DNA of 63,998 nt, filler included, from Diploschistes diacapsis (Eukaryota): NCBI GenBank assembly GCA_023645945.1. It is 8 parts of 8 records of this genome, joined end to end, with 100 filler letters (N's around TTAATTAATTAA, not from the genome) between each part and the next. Parts side by side here need not be neighbours in the genome. Positions count along the whole stretch, not along the records: positions 20,901 to 48,497 come from JALAIB010000160.1; positions 48,598 to 53,713 come from JALAIB010001600.1; 6 more parts are not named here. One strand, given 5' to 3'. Below are positions 36,581 through 49,867 of this stretch, piece by piece; the first letter of the stretch is position 1, and each line of letters begins with the position of its first letter. The notes under the pieces are model-generated. The model was not told the origin of the DNA. It saw nothing but the letters and a program-made list of their open reading frames with translations, and did no database searches. The position numbers were made by a program, and so were the translations under genes.

Positions 36581-39500
36581 TGGCGCCGACCCTGAACGAG
36601 AGGGCAACTGCAGGTAGTTGACATTCTGCAGTGATGCACCTGTCCTGCGACCTCAACCCTCTGCTATAACTCAGGTTTCGATTTCTTGATTACCAAAGCT
36701 CTTCGGCAGGAATGAGCGTGAAGTGATTTTTCAATGCCTCCGCAGGATTTTTTGAATAATACTGAAATCTTCTAGTGTGTCGGCGAGGTCAACCAGTGAT
36801 CTTCAGCCAGCCGTCAGACGACGAAATCGACGGCCTGCACGGATCTTCAAGCAGATTCTTTCGTTCTTTGAATATCTTCACATAGAGGCTGGGGAAGGTG
36901 GGGAGTCTGTTGTTTAGTGTCCTTGTAGCAACTTAATATGTATTTATACTTTATGAAAGCGACAGTTATCTAATAGAAGAGTATCAGTCGTTCGACCACC
37001 CAAGATGTTGCTATGTTCAAGACAAATCTGCGTAAATCAACATCGGTGAGGGTTCACTTCTCAGATCCCCTTATTGAAGGAGAAAAGTGCTCACTCTCAG
37101 CAACAAAAAAACTCTAAAATTTTGGTTTGGTGCCTTCATTCTGTGCTCTAGTCAGTCCACATTTCATTCTGGTCTTCGAAGGACAAGGAGAAAAAGATGG
37201 TACCAAATAGCACTATCTACCGATCACAAGCATAGGGGTTGACACTTACACGCAATTTCTGCGTAAAACAGCTTGCTGATGTGCACACTTCATGCAGGCC
37301 AGTTGAAGGGGACAATCCGAGTGTTTTCTCGTGGCTGATATTGATTCTCCCGCCTCTCACTCGCGACTGCTGCACTCAGTACAAAGGAATCACCCATTGC
37401 CGGCTCTTGGAGCTGGTTGAGGTGAGGATAGAGAGAACCGCCTCCGCCGCAGCGGACCAGACCCCCAATCACGACTCCGGAGTCCAGCGTACTCACTGTT
37501 GTCTTGAACCCCGACCCGATTGACCTCGGGCTGGGGCTTATTCTTTTCCGATTAATACTGTACGCTCTATCTGGCTCCTATCTGTGCATGGACCTAGCAA
37601 GTTCGACGTGATGGATGTGTTGGCTGCAAAGAATATACAGTTCTGACTCCGCTGGCATGGAGCATACATCAGCGGATCTCGCGCCCTTCTGAAGTTCTTG
37701 GATATGCTCGATTGATGTAGTACTTCGTATTGAGGCTTTGGCGGTGTTGTGTGGATTAAGAACACAACTAGACAACACCATGAGATACGTTCATTTACAT
37801 ATATCGCTATTCTCAAACCTGAAACTGCATTGTTTCGCTTTCAGATTGATCTAGGTAGGTGAGCCCGGTGTGGGAAGATGAGTGGCTTCCAATAGTGGTA
37901 GAAAGGAAATGTAGATGTAAAGAATAAAGCTGGATCTTTCCCACTTCAAGTGCAAGCTTTCAGATCAGGACCAGATCAAAATCAACGTCATGCTCATCGC
38001 AGGCCCTTCTTGTCTCTGAAAAGCCGCAGTCCCCTCCTTTAAACTTGCAATAGCATGGGCGTCAGTCTCATCAAGTGGGTTGTACCTTTTCCATTCGTCC
38101 TTTACGGCCACCAATCTACCAAGGATTCTTTACTGCAATGCTTCGTCGACTTCACCATACATTTCTGAACCATCGCGTCAATGGTATTGTTGTTCACGCA
38201 TTCAAGATCAACCGAGGAGATAAAGATCGAAACAGCTAGAACATTTTTGGGTGACACTGATCAACCTTTCAGAGGTGAATTCGTAAGCATACAAATGCAC
38301 GTCCAACGGAATGGCTTGCCGCCTTTGCCTACAGTGGCAAAGCTTTGCCGTTCATACTGGTGACTAACACAAGCGTAGATGGCCTGAACTTGAGATGGAG
38401 CAGATACGTACTATTTGTTGATCTTAGCAGAGTCCGTTGATGCGTCATCGAAAAGGCCTCCATTCGGGTTGCAAGAACAAACCCAATAACTGCAGTGATA
38501 TCGCCATCTGCACACCTTTTATGTCTTCGCGATGTCTTCAGCAATCTTTTTCCATCTGTGATAACTCGACACTTGATGACTGATTCTTGGGAAAGGAACT
38601 ACTTAGCTACCATTTTCGTCGTATCCTCGTCGTTCCTGCGGCGCACATTAGAGGGTACGGTATGCACCATCGACCTTGCGAAAACTTACTCGGAAGGAGG
38701 TACACTTACCTAGCGAGTTCTGCAGAGGGTATCTTCTTAGCCATGGAATCCTCGCCGTATCCCCGTGCAGCACGTCAATCGGATTTGGTTCTCAGCCGAC
38801 ATGGGCCTGCGTTGATGGCTTAGCGTCTTGAATGGCATGTGGCTCGCTCATCCAAAGAAAGTCCGTTGGTTGCGCTTTGCCAATACAACGATGCTTACCT
38901 CATTAGGTTAATATTCGGGGGCCGAGTCACATCCTCCTCGGATACGCAGAAGTAGGCATATAAACTTGAGAATCTGCAGCGAGGCTGTTGGGTTGCCATC
39001 AACGAGCAAGCGGACTATCTCGCCCGACAAGCAAATGTGCTAATGTTGCTTTGAGTTTGTTGACGCGACATCCTACGCATCATCTGAAGACGGAAGGGAA
39101 GATCACCATCTAATGGCATTGACCGCTTATTGATTCAGCTAGCCACAACAGCTGTGGACATCCTATGAATTAGAATAAGGACCGACAATATTGCGCTGCG
39201 CATCCTCCCTAAATTGTAAACCACCGTTTTGACTGTGCTAATCACAAGGACAAAGCAAGAACGTGAAAACTCGCATATCAATTCCTTTCTTTTACTGGGA
39301 GAATCTGCATCGGGTGCTGACCTAAACCCATGAGTTAAGCGAAGTTATGCGGTCAGAGTACTGTCGCTCAATCCCGTGGTATCTGAGGTTATTAAGCAAA
39401 CTGATCCATGGTGGTTAAGGGCTGGACAATTGGCATTGGAGAGACGCCAACGACGCCAACGACGCCATCCCATTTTTCAGCCAACGCGCGGACGTTTAGT

Positions 39501-41884
39501 TTCTTATCGCCTGATTCGAGCCTGCCACTACGTATGGGCCCTTCATCAGTGTCTCAAAAAGTTTCATCCTGAGTAAGGAACGCTTTGCGTATAACTAGTA
39601 GCTAATTGTGATGTATTGGGATAGTTTAATCAGCGATATCTCTTTTGGGGGCTTTATCAATGGAACGCCCAAGACATCTCGGAGGATGACACGGTATCTC
39701 ATCAAGGATAGTTGGTTTAGCCGTATATCTGCACATGCAGCTCACAAATAGCCGCTTGATCTTTTACACCCACTCAACGGGGTCCAAAACTCCTCAAACC
39801 AGTGCGTAAAATAGACAGTTCTAACCTTCATCCAATGATAATACATATCTTCGTAATTTTTGAAGTCTTCAAAGATAATCAAAAGAAGTTTGACACCGAA
39901 CTGGATAAGACGAAGAGGAAACCTTGGGATCCCATCACCACACAACACCCAAACATCCCTCCAGAGAACCTGAACGTTGGTCTTCGAGAACTAACCGAAT
40001 GGGCCCTGCTAATAGCCAGCCAGACTCAGATGAGTTCCTGAGTCAACAATTCAAGGTCCTGATCGAGAAAGAAAAATAAACAGTAATTCAGATCAATGCA
40101 ACGTAGGTCAAGGATAAAAGCGGGACAGTGTTTGATCACTATAACACAAACTCTCCAAAGGCACCGTACCCAAGACTTGGCCCAGTATTCAAGCAATGTT
40201 CTGATCGGATATGATCCGAGAGAAAAAGCCGGAAGGTTCAAAACATTTTTTTGGTATTTACCATGGGAGAAGCGGTTTGATGGACCTTGCAGCGTTTTGC
40301 GGAGTCAACTGTTTCTTTTGGGACGACCCCTTAGCTAGAGTAGCTTGGGCCGATTCGAAGGCACTGACATCTCTCGGAACCGTAGGACGCATGAACGCCC
40401 TTGACGGACAGATCCCACAATGCCTTCGGTCGATGGGATTGTGTCCGCTCATGAGTGTCGACCTTCCTGAAATGGTTCCAACCGAGGGAGAACCGATCCA
40501 ACACTGGCACGAAATCAGAGTCGGGGGCTTATTGTCGCAGTGGCTTGAAGGCGGAACGAAAGGCACATTGTACCCAAAGGCACCAACAGGGGAGAAGTGG
40601 ATCGTATGTCCCTGATATCTGGACTATTCCTGAACATGTTTGCTTACATCTCAAGGCCGATAAAATCACTTGACGGTTTGCGTGGATCATTTCATTAGGC
40701 GTCCCGAGTTGGGATCGTGTCTGAGGCACTGATTGAAGCCGGATACCTCGATAAGAAACCAGGATGCGATGTCGATGTCGGTGAGCGCGGGACAGCTGGG
40801 AATGATGCTACGTGAGGGTAGATACAACTTCTTGTATGCTTAACATCGTAGAACAAATTTTCTCCCCGAGTGTTTCTTGCTGAAGTTTGACCTGCGGACT
40901 CAGGTTATTACACATTTAGCTCTGCATGTGCGTAACTTGTGTGCCAGAATAGTGACAAGAATTCTGGAATCCAAATTGAACGCCATCACTGAAAAGGTAG
41001 TTTGGTGCAACAATCAAGTCAGGATCTGGATAGCAATATATGAAATTAAGCCGATAGTAGTGGCTAACGGCAACCATTGTGGTTGCAGAAGGTGATAGAC
41101 TTATGGAGCACACCTGACTCGCCTCTCTTTTTTTTCTATGGTACCTTAGCAGGTGATATGAATAATGATTTACTATCCTTAGGACTTTCGGATGTATTCT
41201 ATAATTGATCTGAAGCATCCTCGGAGATCCTGGGTGGGCATAAAAATTGGTGGACGAGGTATTCGGTGTGTAGATTATGGTTGTTAACAATATGGTACTG
41301 CATGCGTGTAATGACAGTACGAGTCAGGAGCATTTCGCATCTCGAGAGCAAAATCTATGTTTTCCTGCTCCACGGGGCCTTGTACAATTCTCTCGCTTTT
41401 GATTCGACATCATGGCCTGCTTATCTGATAGACTTCAGCATCATACGTTACTGCAAGCGAGTACACGACCGCAATTCTGTATATCCACCAAAATGGCCAG
41501 AAAATCTGCGACCTTTAGAGCTCCCTTCATGACCGAGCAGGGCCTCCGTGTTCTCTGACCTCATTGTTCGGGATTTGTAGGACCGCCCCTACCATCAATA
41601 GGATGTCTGAAATACGTCTGATATGCAGAGAACATCGTTCAAGAAATCGTGAAATGGGCGGGGACGGTTCGTACAACCGCTGTACAGGTATCCAGGGCCT
41701 GAGCGAGCGCGCTGGCGTTAGAAAACCCAAATCAGAATCGTTATTTGCCTGGCTGCGGGAAGCGTACCTAAAATGCACCTTATCAATTTTCGCTCCACTC
41801 GTGCTCATGCTCAAGTCGGTCATGAGATGTGTCGTTTGCCATATCCTCCCAATACTCCCTGCTGAAAGGCAGCCTGATCCCCCT

Positions 41885-43013
41885 TCAAAATCGTTCCTTC
41901 ATCCTCGACGCCACGATCCTTAGATTACCATACACCTTCCCAGGCGGGCTTCCTAATATTAGGCTTACAATTGCCTCACGTCCGATACGTATATTCTTAA
42001 ACCCGCCTAGCCTAACTCGGTCAACACGTGATACCACAAGCACACTCGAGACTTACAGATGGACCTTCTGGTCGGCTGGCGAGAGGTTAGCTTGAGTTGG
42101 GAATCTCGACGGAAGGGGCGCACCTAGGACAATCCGTGTCCTCGAGGCATTCTCAATGGCAAACTTCGTCTTCCCCTATCACGAGTTGAGCGTTGGACCA
42201 CCTAGGAACCCTGATATACGTACATCTTTGCCCGCGATGCGCCCAATAGCCCTCGACAAGTGCTCTCCAGTCAGGGTTTTGACATCTTTGATCTCAAACG
42301 TTTCAATATAGATATCATCGAGCCTGAGCTGGAAAGCTGCAATCAGCATAGAACAAAGGAAAGACGCGAGTGTGTAGCTCACAAGCACAATAGCATCCTC
42401 GATATCAAATCCCAAACAGAATGCCTTAACGAAATCTTCGCCTGAATCCACTTTTAGTCTGAGAGTTACAATCTTAGCAGAGCTTCCTCACCCTTTTGTA
42501 ACGCCCCCGGGTCTACCGTGTGTTTCGACGTCCTCAACTCCACCGCCCTTACTCTCGAGTGCGCATTCATGCGTACCTGCAGCAACAGGTGCTCCACCAA
42601 GGGCCCGTAGATCTTATTCCAGGATTTCCTGAGCGGCGCCATGCGATGTGCCGCTAATATAGTCAACAACATCCTTCCACAGGAAGGCAGAGACAGGGCA
42701 TACGGATGGGTATCTTGCGCGTTTCTCGGCCTAGGGGACCGTTATCGGCCTGTGTTTCGGGCGCGAACTGAGGCCGGCCTTCTTCGTCGATGTGCATGGC
42801 GCTGCTGGGGCTGTCGTCGGATGATAGTATGGCAGGTCCGAGGGGAGGAGCGCCGGGTGCGGCGTCGATGAGGAGCTCATCGCTGTCTCCTGGGCAGTTT
42901 GTTAGCGGGGAAACGTTGCTAGGTGGTCTGCGCTACTAACCTTCTGGTAGTGGAGTAGCCTGAGCTTCTGTCAGAAGATCTGGCTTGCGTAGCAGTGCCG
43001 TCGGTGCAGGCAT
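41885..43013 (-). CDS. PNO1: Pre-rRNA-processing KH-domain protein Pno1/Dim2, multi-exon
   Basis: MPAPTAL.., [82 protein letters not shown]. Confidence 0.93.
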
Positions 43014-43428
43014 GGTGTCTGTGAAGGGGAGGGTTTCGACGGTCACTAAAAAATATTGCTAGGTTTTAGGCGGGTTTTTTTGACGTTTTGTGCCGCGGAC
43101 CCCCCCCCCTTGCTGCTGATTTTGGTTCGCTTGGCGTATTTATTAACAATATGTCATGGCCTCAAGAGCATACGAGTACTTTAATGCAACATGCGAACAG
43201 GCCCAAAACCGGACGTGTTTTACAAAATACGACTAAACTCGGCAAGAGCTCCAAGACTAATGGATCTGTTCATTCAATAGGCTCGTGTCATTACCGGGTA
43301 AGAAGTATCTAACGCTTCAAGGTATCACAAGCTACGGAGACGCCTTCATGCCAAAACAACATTGCAGCACATCATACATTCAGCATACCCCACCCCCCCT
43401 TTTTTTTTGCACTATTCCAACTTCCACA

Positions 43429-45071
43429 TCAGAGCAGGAACACAGCGCCCCCAAAAGCGACGAGCATGGTACCAGCGCCGCCAAGGACTGCCACGAGGTG
43501 AAAGTCCACACCTCCTGCCATAGACCCGGCAGCGCTGGACTTGGAAGAGGTCGACGCGGCTCCGCTCCCCGTCCTGGTTGGGTTGAGATGGAACGTTGCG
43601 CTGCCCGAGAACGGCCCCAATTCGGTTGCGGTTCCCGTGTCGGTCGCGCCCGTCACGCCCCCCGGCACAACACCCGGGGTGGCCGTTGCCGACGCTGCCG
43701 CTGCCGCTGTGACGGTCGAGGGTGCAGCCCTTCCACCAGGGATCGAGCTTCCTGAGATCTCTTCGACATTCGAGCTCGAGACGTTGAACTTGGTCTGCGC
43801 GAGACCGATCTGATTGTTGTCAAGGTCGTATACGACATATGCAGAACGCAAGAACGCATCGCCAAGAACAGCGAGTCCGTCCTCGGCGCCACCCTGGAGA
43901 CCGAAGCTGCATGCTGGCGTGCCATCCGAGAAAGTGAGCGGGTTGCCATTTTGGTCCGCCGTCGGGAGGACGAGCTCGGACATGGAGACGTTGATCATAG
44001 CGCCGCCGTTACCGCCGAACCCAAAGGAGAACATCGCGGTGGGGTCGGTGCCGGCGGAGCAAGGAAGAAGAGAGCCATAATCTGGGTCCTGTACAACGCC
44101 TAGGCCATTGTTGATTTCTGTCACGAGGTCGTCGGGTAGCGCGCTAAGCGTGGTGCCAGAATCCATCAGAGCGAGGGACGGGAATGATTTTGAGGCCAGA
44201 TTGGAGGATTGGCCGTCGGCGGAGAAGGAGAGACCTGTCCAAACGACCATGAGCCGAGAGTAATTTCCGGATGGGTCCTGCTGAACAGGAAGTGTGACGA
44301 GTGGAGATGTAAATTTATCGGTATCGACGCCACCGAACAGGATGGACCCGTCGTTGGAGTCTGCAATCGTTAGCTTGGGCATCTGTGACGAGAATCAGGC
44401 AAACCCTTACCAATGTCATTGAGCCACAAACTGTAAGCCATGGAGTTAATAAGACCTTGGCTCTTCATCTGGGCCACAATGTTTGAGTATGCGTCATTCG
44501 CGTTGCCATCAATCTGCACGATAGCTTCGCCGTCTGGGTAGCCAATGCCCATGATGCCGCTCATAGGTGTATCTGTCTGCCCATCCGACGCAACACCAAT
44601 AATGGCACCAGAGAGTGAGCCACCGCCGAAAGCGACCGTATCGTTCCCAAAATCCCCCTGAATTTTAGTGCCATCGCCATACTCTGTTTGGAAGTTACTG
44701 TTGATGTCGGCGAAGGTAGAGGACATCTGGGGATTGAAGGAACCAAGCGGTTTGCAGAGAGATGTCTGCACACTGCAGAGATTGGATCCGGTGACCGGCA
44801 CCCAGAGATCACTGCTACCAGTGTCGAGTTGAACCGTCACAGGCTGTGGTGGTGTTCCGATGGTGAGATTGATAGCATATAGACCTACGCCTTCGTAGTT
44901 ACTGAGGTCCGCCGTTACACTACCGCTGGCACGCCGAGCGAGGCCATTCTGGCGTGATGACCTCGGAGTTCTTTTGAAATCCAACTGCACGACCTTGGGA
45001 GAAGCGACAACTGGACTTATGGTGTTGAGCAGGGCCAGTGCCGCGAGCGAGGTAGCTGTCGACGACTTCAT
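43429..45071 (-). CDS. Secreted, probably GPI-anchored aspartic protease (yapsin/OpsB-like)
   Basis: Signal peptide, catalytic DTGSSDLWV and DSGTT, intron 44361-44410, LGDAFLRSAYVVYDL, Ser/Thr-rich stalk and hydrophobic tail. Confidence 0.92.
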
Positions 45072-45757
45072 GGCGCAGAACTATGAGTTGCGATCGAAAG
45101 TAAAGGATGACAAGATCACGAAGCTCAGAGGCCGAGGACGGTAGTAGAGGACAAGGCTTAAGAAAGCCTGTGAGAGCATATGAAGGTGAAACGGGAAAGG
45201 TCGGTAATATGTTAGAACGGCGCAGCCTTGTAGGATTGGGCTTCACGCCAAGTGCAGCTGAGTCTCATGGGCGAGACTGCTTGCAGGATGGGCAATAATG
45301 CCAATAATCCATCGAAAGCGAGAAGCAGTACTAGTAGTGGACCACTGTCCTGGAAGAGCCAGATCGGACAGACAAGGAAAATGGGTACCTTGTCTTAGGC
45401 TCTTAGCCGTGATTCTGTGAAAGGAAAGGCGATAACCGAGCTGATGCAGGCCCAGACCACCGTAACTTGAACGGCTGTAGTACAAGCATAGTTTAGCTTC
45501 ATCAGCACTACAGCCTTCTCTTCCTGTATGTGATCGAGATGAGTTGTTACCCCACTGTCCATTTGCCTGACTGCTTGGATCAACATGCTACGGCAAGTTC
45601 TAGTACAACGCTTGGTGTAAGCAAGCTCAAAAGAGATCATCGTGTTACGTTTTACCTGTTGTCTTGGCCGCCATGTTAATCGGGCGTCTGCTGCCAACCT
45701 AACATGCAGTCATCTTTGATTCAAGAGTTTAATCCAAGAGATGCCCAGAGGGACGAA

Positions 45758-47617
45758 ATGGCACAAACTCGTCAATACCTACCACTAGATCGCAATTGCA
45801 GAGAGATTCGTGTCCTAAACGTCCAGCCGCACCTCCATGACACTGGCTACGATAACCCCGTAAGCTGCACTATGCGGCTGGTTTCGCTGCTAGGTGTTAC
45901 ACGTCCACGGTCTGAGACGATTTCGCTTGTCTCGAACACTGCTGCTAAGACGCCAGCCTCGCTATTCCTCGAAGCAATCGAGGTGAGAGTGCCAGCCGGC
46001 ACCGAACAGGCGCTTAGATGCGTTCGTCTCCACAGCGGGGCCAAAGAACGAGAGCTATAGATCGACGCCATATCCATCAACCAAGAAGATAGAAGAGCGG
46101 GCTCAGCAGGTTTCGATGAGGGGAGACGTCTACCGTTTCGCTACCGAGAATTTGATATACCTTGGCGAAGATGATGGCACAATGGCAAGAGCTCGCCTTG
46201 ACTTTATCAGCCGCTTACAAGAATACGCGGGGACACTGATGGCTTCAGAACTTTTCTTGACACTGTCCTGATAAGGACCGGCATACTTGGCGGACAGCAG
46301 ATACCTCATTCTGCGAAAGAATAAATCGTGATGCTTTGGTCAGCTTTTATTCTCGAACCTAGTTTGAGTAGCTGAAACTTCTCATGGGAGCATTCCGTCA
46401 CGCGTTGGCTGACCATATACAGGCGGCTCCGGGTCATCCAAGAGGCTATCCTTGCTCCTTCAAGCACCTTCATATGCGGACACTCTGTGCTCAATGCCTC
46501 CGATGTTCTAAGTCTCAGCATGGCTGAACTACAAAAAGTACAGCCTACCAGGTAACTTGTGGGAATGCCCAGGACTTCGCAATGCCACCTATATTGCTTG
46601 CATTGCAGCTGTGGGCGGGGCCTCGAAAGAGACATTGCGCGACGGATATCCTTCAGATATCCTTTGGCACTGTCAACCAGATTTGACGCCAGCGAGCCAC
46701 GGGATCATGGTTACGGAATTCTCGACCTATTGCGATCGTCTGCTTCCCGTCGAGTAAGTATTTCCATCTATTGCTCCAGACTGCAACAAGTCCGTAGCCC
46801 AAGTCTACCGCGACGCGACTGTATCTCGTTGATCGAGTTGAAAGAGCTGCATATTTGGAGGAACGTCTACCATCGCGGTGTCATGATACCCTAGACCTCC
46901 AAGGCTGCTCCTCTTGGACTCCTCAATGGTACCGTACTTTCGACTTTCGAGAAGACGTGTACCGGTTGCGAGAGGATTTTGATGCCTCCCTTGGAAGCGA
47001 CATATCATGTCCGGCGTTGGCTGTCGATTAGCCCGAGTTGGGGGAGAAGCTGCCGCTGCGAGGGTTTCGGGTAGCGAGCGCAAACAAAACCGCCGTGTGC
47101 ATGACGTCTAAAGTCTTCGAGAATGGGAAGTTCCTCGAGCTCTTTTCTTCAATTGACGACATCGTTGCAATCCAGCAGAAAACAGGCCATCGAATTCTTG
47201 ACTCTAACCTCGCCAAAACCCTAAATGCGGGCGTCAAGTCGAACGGCCTCATGGAGCTGCGCAACCACCCCAACGAAACAGTGCCGTACCTACGATCGAT
47301 CCTGTCGACGCTCCTTCGGATCCCGAAGAAGGCCCAGCGGCACGCAGCAGACTGTACTACCGCGGCTTTCACCACCCTTCCAACAACCGATGCTTCTTCG
47401 GCGCAAGCGACGGACGCATCGGCATTGCCGGAAGTCCTGTGAAAGAGGGCGATCTGGTGGCCGTGCTGCACGGAGCTCCGTGACTTGTCATTCTGCGCCC
47501 CTTTGTGCAATACTGCCGGTTTGTGGGCCAGTGCTATGCAGACGGTATCATATTTGGGGAAGCTGTGCTGGAGCATGGACAGAGGAGATGGTTGATGAGC
47601 TGTTTACGCTTGTTTAG
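45758..47617 (+). pseudogene. HET-domain (HET-6-like) heterokaryon incompatibility gene, disrupted
   Basis: YLPLD..REIRVL, L*IDAISINQED (W>stop), RLRVIQEAILA, ASEPRDHGYGILDL, GDLVAVLHG, FVGQCYADGI; several stops and frameshifts. Confidence 0.8.
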
Positions 47618-48497
47618 TATATGTTGGTATTTGCTTCGCGGGTATGCTGTACGAGTTAGAGCCTAAAAGTAATCAGATGGGCCATTCTTAGGGTAAAGCT
47701 AACGTTGTGGGCCCTTGTACAAAGCTAGCTACAGCGCATATATATTAATAAAGTACTTGGACCAGGTACGCATTCCAAAGCACATGGCTGGCAATTCTCC
47801 TAAGGCTATAGAAGTGCTAGGATTTGAATGCTTCCGGACACCTCGTCCATAGGCTAAGAAGACCTTTGTGTCTAGTTTTGACATACCAGGAATAGGGGGG
47901 GAAAATGGAGAAGAATTGCTGATTCCTTATAGAGCAGTTGTTCACCGAAGCATGGATTTGAAAAATCGGAACAATCCTCCCGCCATACAAAAAACTATGC
48001 GAGGTATCCACAAATCAACATCAAAGTGAAAACACCGAAGAAGCACGTAGCCAAAAAGCACAACCCGATATTAAGTCTCACCTATCAGCTCCACGACCCA
48101 AAACTCAGCCGTCGAACACCCCCACAATCTTTCTTCACTTTAAACTCAGGACCACTGCTCCCAAGCCCAAGACCTCCCCCGTACAGAGAGCTCTAAAATA
48201 AATCGAAACAAAAAAGTCCCGGAACCGCACCACCACACACCCCAACACCAACGACCCAAAAAAAAAAAACCCCCTGGCAGTAAGCCCAAGATGCTGTCCC
48301 GCCGCATGGTACTATCTCCCCCCCCTTTGTCTCTCCTCTCCGGGTGGCCCACCTACACCTGGCCCCACAAAAAAACAACCTCCATCCTGCCCCAAACCCC
48401 CATCTTAAACAAAAAAAGCCCGCCCCCCCCCCCTCCCAAAGAGGAAGAAGGAGAAACAACACCGCTGATCTGCACCGCCAGCTCTCGAGAGAAGAAG

Positions 48498-48597
48498 NNN
48501 NNNNNNNNNNNNNNNNNNNNNNNNNNNNNNNNNNNNNNNNNTTAATTAATTAANNNNNNNNNNNNNNNNNNNNNNNNNNNNNNNNNNNNNNNNNNNN
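48498..48597. other. Artificial contig spacer
   Basis: N44-TTAATTAATTAA-N44. Confidence 0.99.
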
Positions 48598-48654
48598 GAG
48601 ATTAAGAGGGTGGGGGAAGCGGAAGTGGGTAGTGGGAGCGGGAGGCGGAGGGTA

Positions 48655-48897
48655 CCTTGATGTTGCCGATCATGTCGTTCTTCACGGGCTTGAAGGCGGC
48701 GGAGCCGAGGACGTCTGGTGGTTGTTAGCTGTTGGCCGCTTCTTCTGTGGTACTATTGCTAGGCAGGACTCGCCGAAAAGGGTAGTGAGGGACTCAGCGG
48801 CTTCAAGGAAGGCGGAGGTGTCGATGGCATTGTTGCTGTTCTCGTCCATGGGGACGTCGACGAAGGAGCGCTTGATGGTGTCGAAAAAGGAAGACAT
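48655..48897 (-). CDS. Glycolipid transfer protein (HET-C2/GLTP), 5' part only
   Basis: FFDTIKRSFVDVP..IDTSAFLEAAESLTTLF | DVLGSAAFKPVKNDMIGNIK; remainder lost at contig end. Confidence 0.88.
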
Positions 48898-49867
48898 TGT
48901 TGCTCTTTTGAGATCGAAGAAGGATGTCTCACAATGGTTTTATATCTGGAAGTTATGCTATGCCCCTCGTTCACAAGCCCAGGGCATCGCTACGGTAGCG
49001 GAGGAGCGGAGGAGATCAACGGGGGGGAACCGTCAGTAGAGGTTGCTTAGGGCTTTAGTGGGGAGCTTGCCGCTTAGAACCCCACCAGACTAACTGCCCT
49101 ATATAAGCTAGATCGGTGCACCCCTGTCCACATATAGTGTGCCTGCCAAGCCGTTTAGCTCAGATCTAACTTCCAGTAAGGGCCTCCCATTTCTTACCAA
49201 AAAAAGCCACTGTTCTAGCCCTTATATCTCCGCGAAAACGTTTTTAAAATTTAAAGAAAATCCAGTAGCTTTTCAAAGCTTTAATTATTCATTTTTATTT
49301 TTCTCAAATTTTTATCATCTTTTCTGGGGGCCGTAAGACGCCAACGAATAAAGCGAGGGTATAGTTGCCGTACTGTAGCCGCGATTTTTGGTGGGGACTA
49401 CTTTTTTTAAATGTTATCCCCCAGTTAGGCACTCAAAGAACATCCGGAAAATCCAAAAAAACTGTCTCCTCTATGTATAATGCCTTAACGTTCTTTATAA
49501 TGTTTTAACTTTTCGATTTTGCATATTGCTGGGAAAGATGTATGGGTATAAAGTTGATCGGTTTTGGTGAGAAATGGGAGGGACCTGACTACTTTTAATG
49601 AGAGACGCTATCACGTGACATGGACCCTGTGTGCACACACAAATCTGTAAGGGACCTAACTTAGCGTGTAGTTGTCAGCCCTACGAGATTTGTATGGAGC
49701 TCCTGAATCATCTCGGGTGAATTAGGTTTGTCTGCTATTCATATGCTCGTCCGCTTCCCTTCGTGTTCGTTATTTGTGTACCCATATACTCTTTACTTTT
49801 TCCTTTGGAGTATAGTAATCTTTAATGCTGTAATCACACCTTTTCCGCTTCTACAGGAGTCGAGGGA

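Noticed and set aside
43429..45071. Yapsin and PNO1 as cluster or self-resistance genes
   Set aside because: At least 8.7 kb from the MFS across decayed DNA; ordinary conserved genes with no sign of being duplicates
48100..48497. Pro/Lys-rich ORFs at the contig end
   Set aside because: Homopolymer-rich, low-complexity and probably low-quality terminal sequence
45758..48897. HET-domain gene plus HET-C2/GLTP as a linked incompatibility locus
   Set aside because: Separated by a contig spacer (48498-48597); adjacency is artefactual
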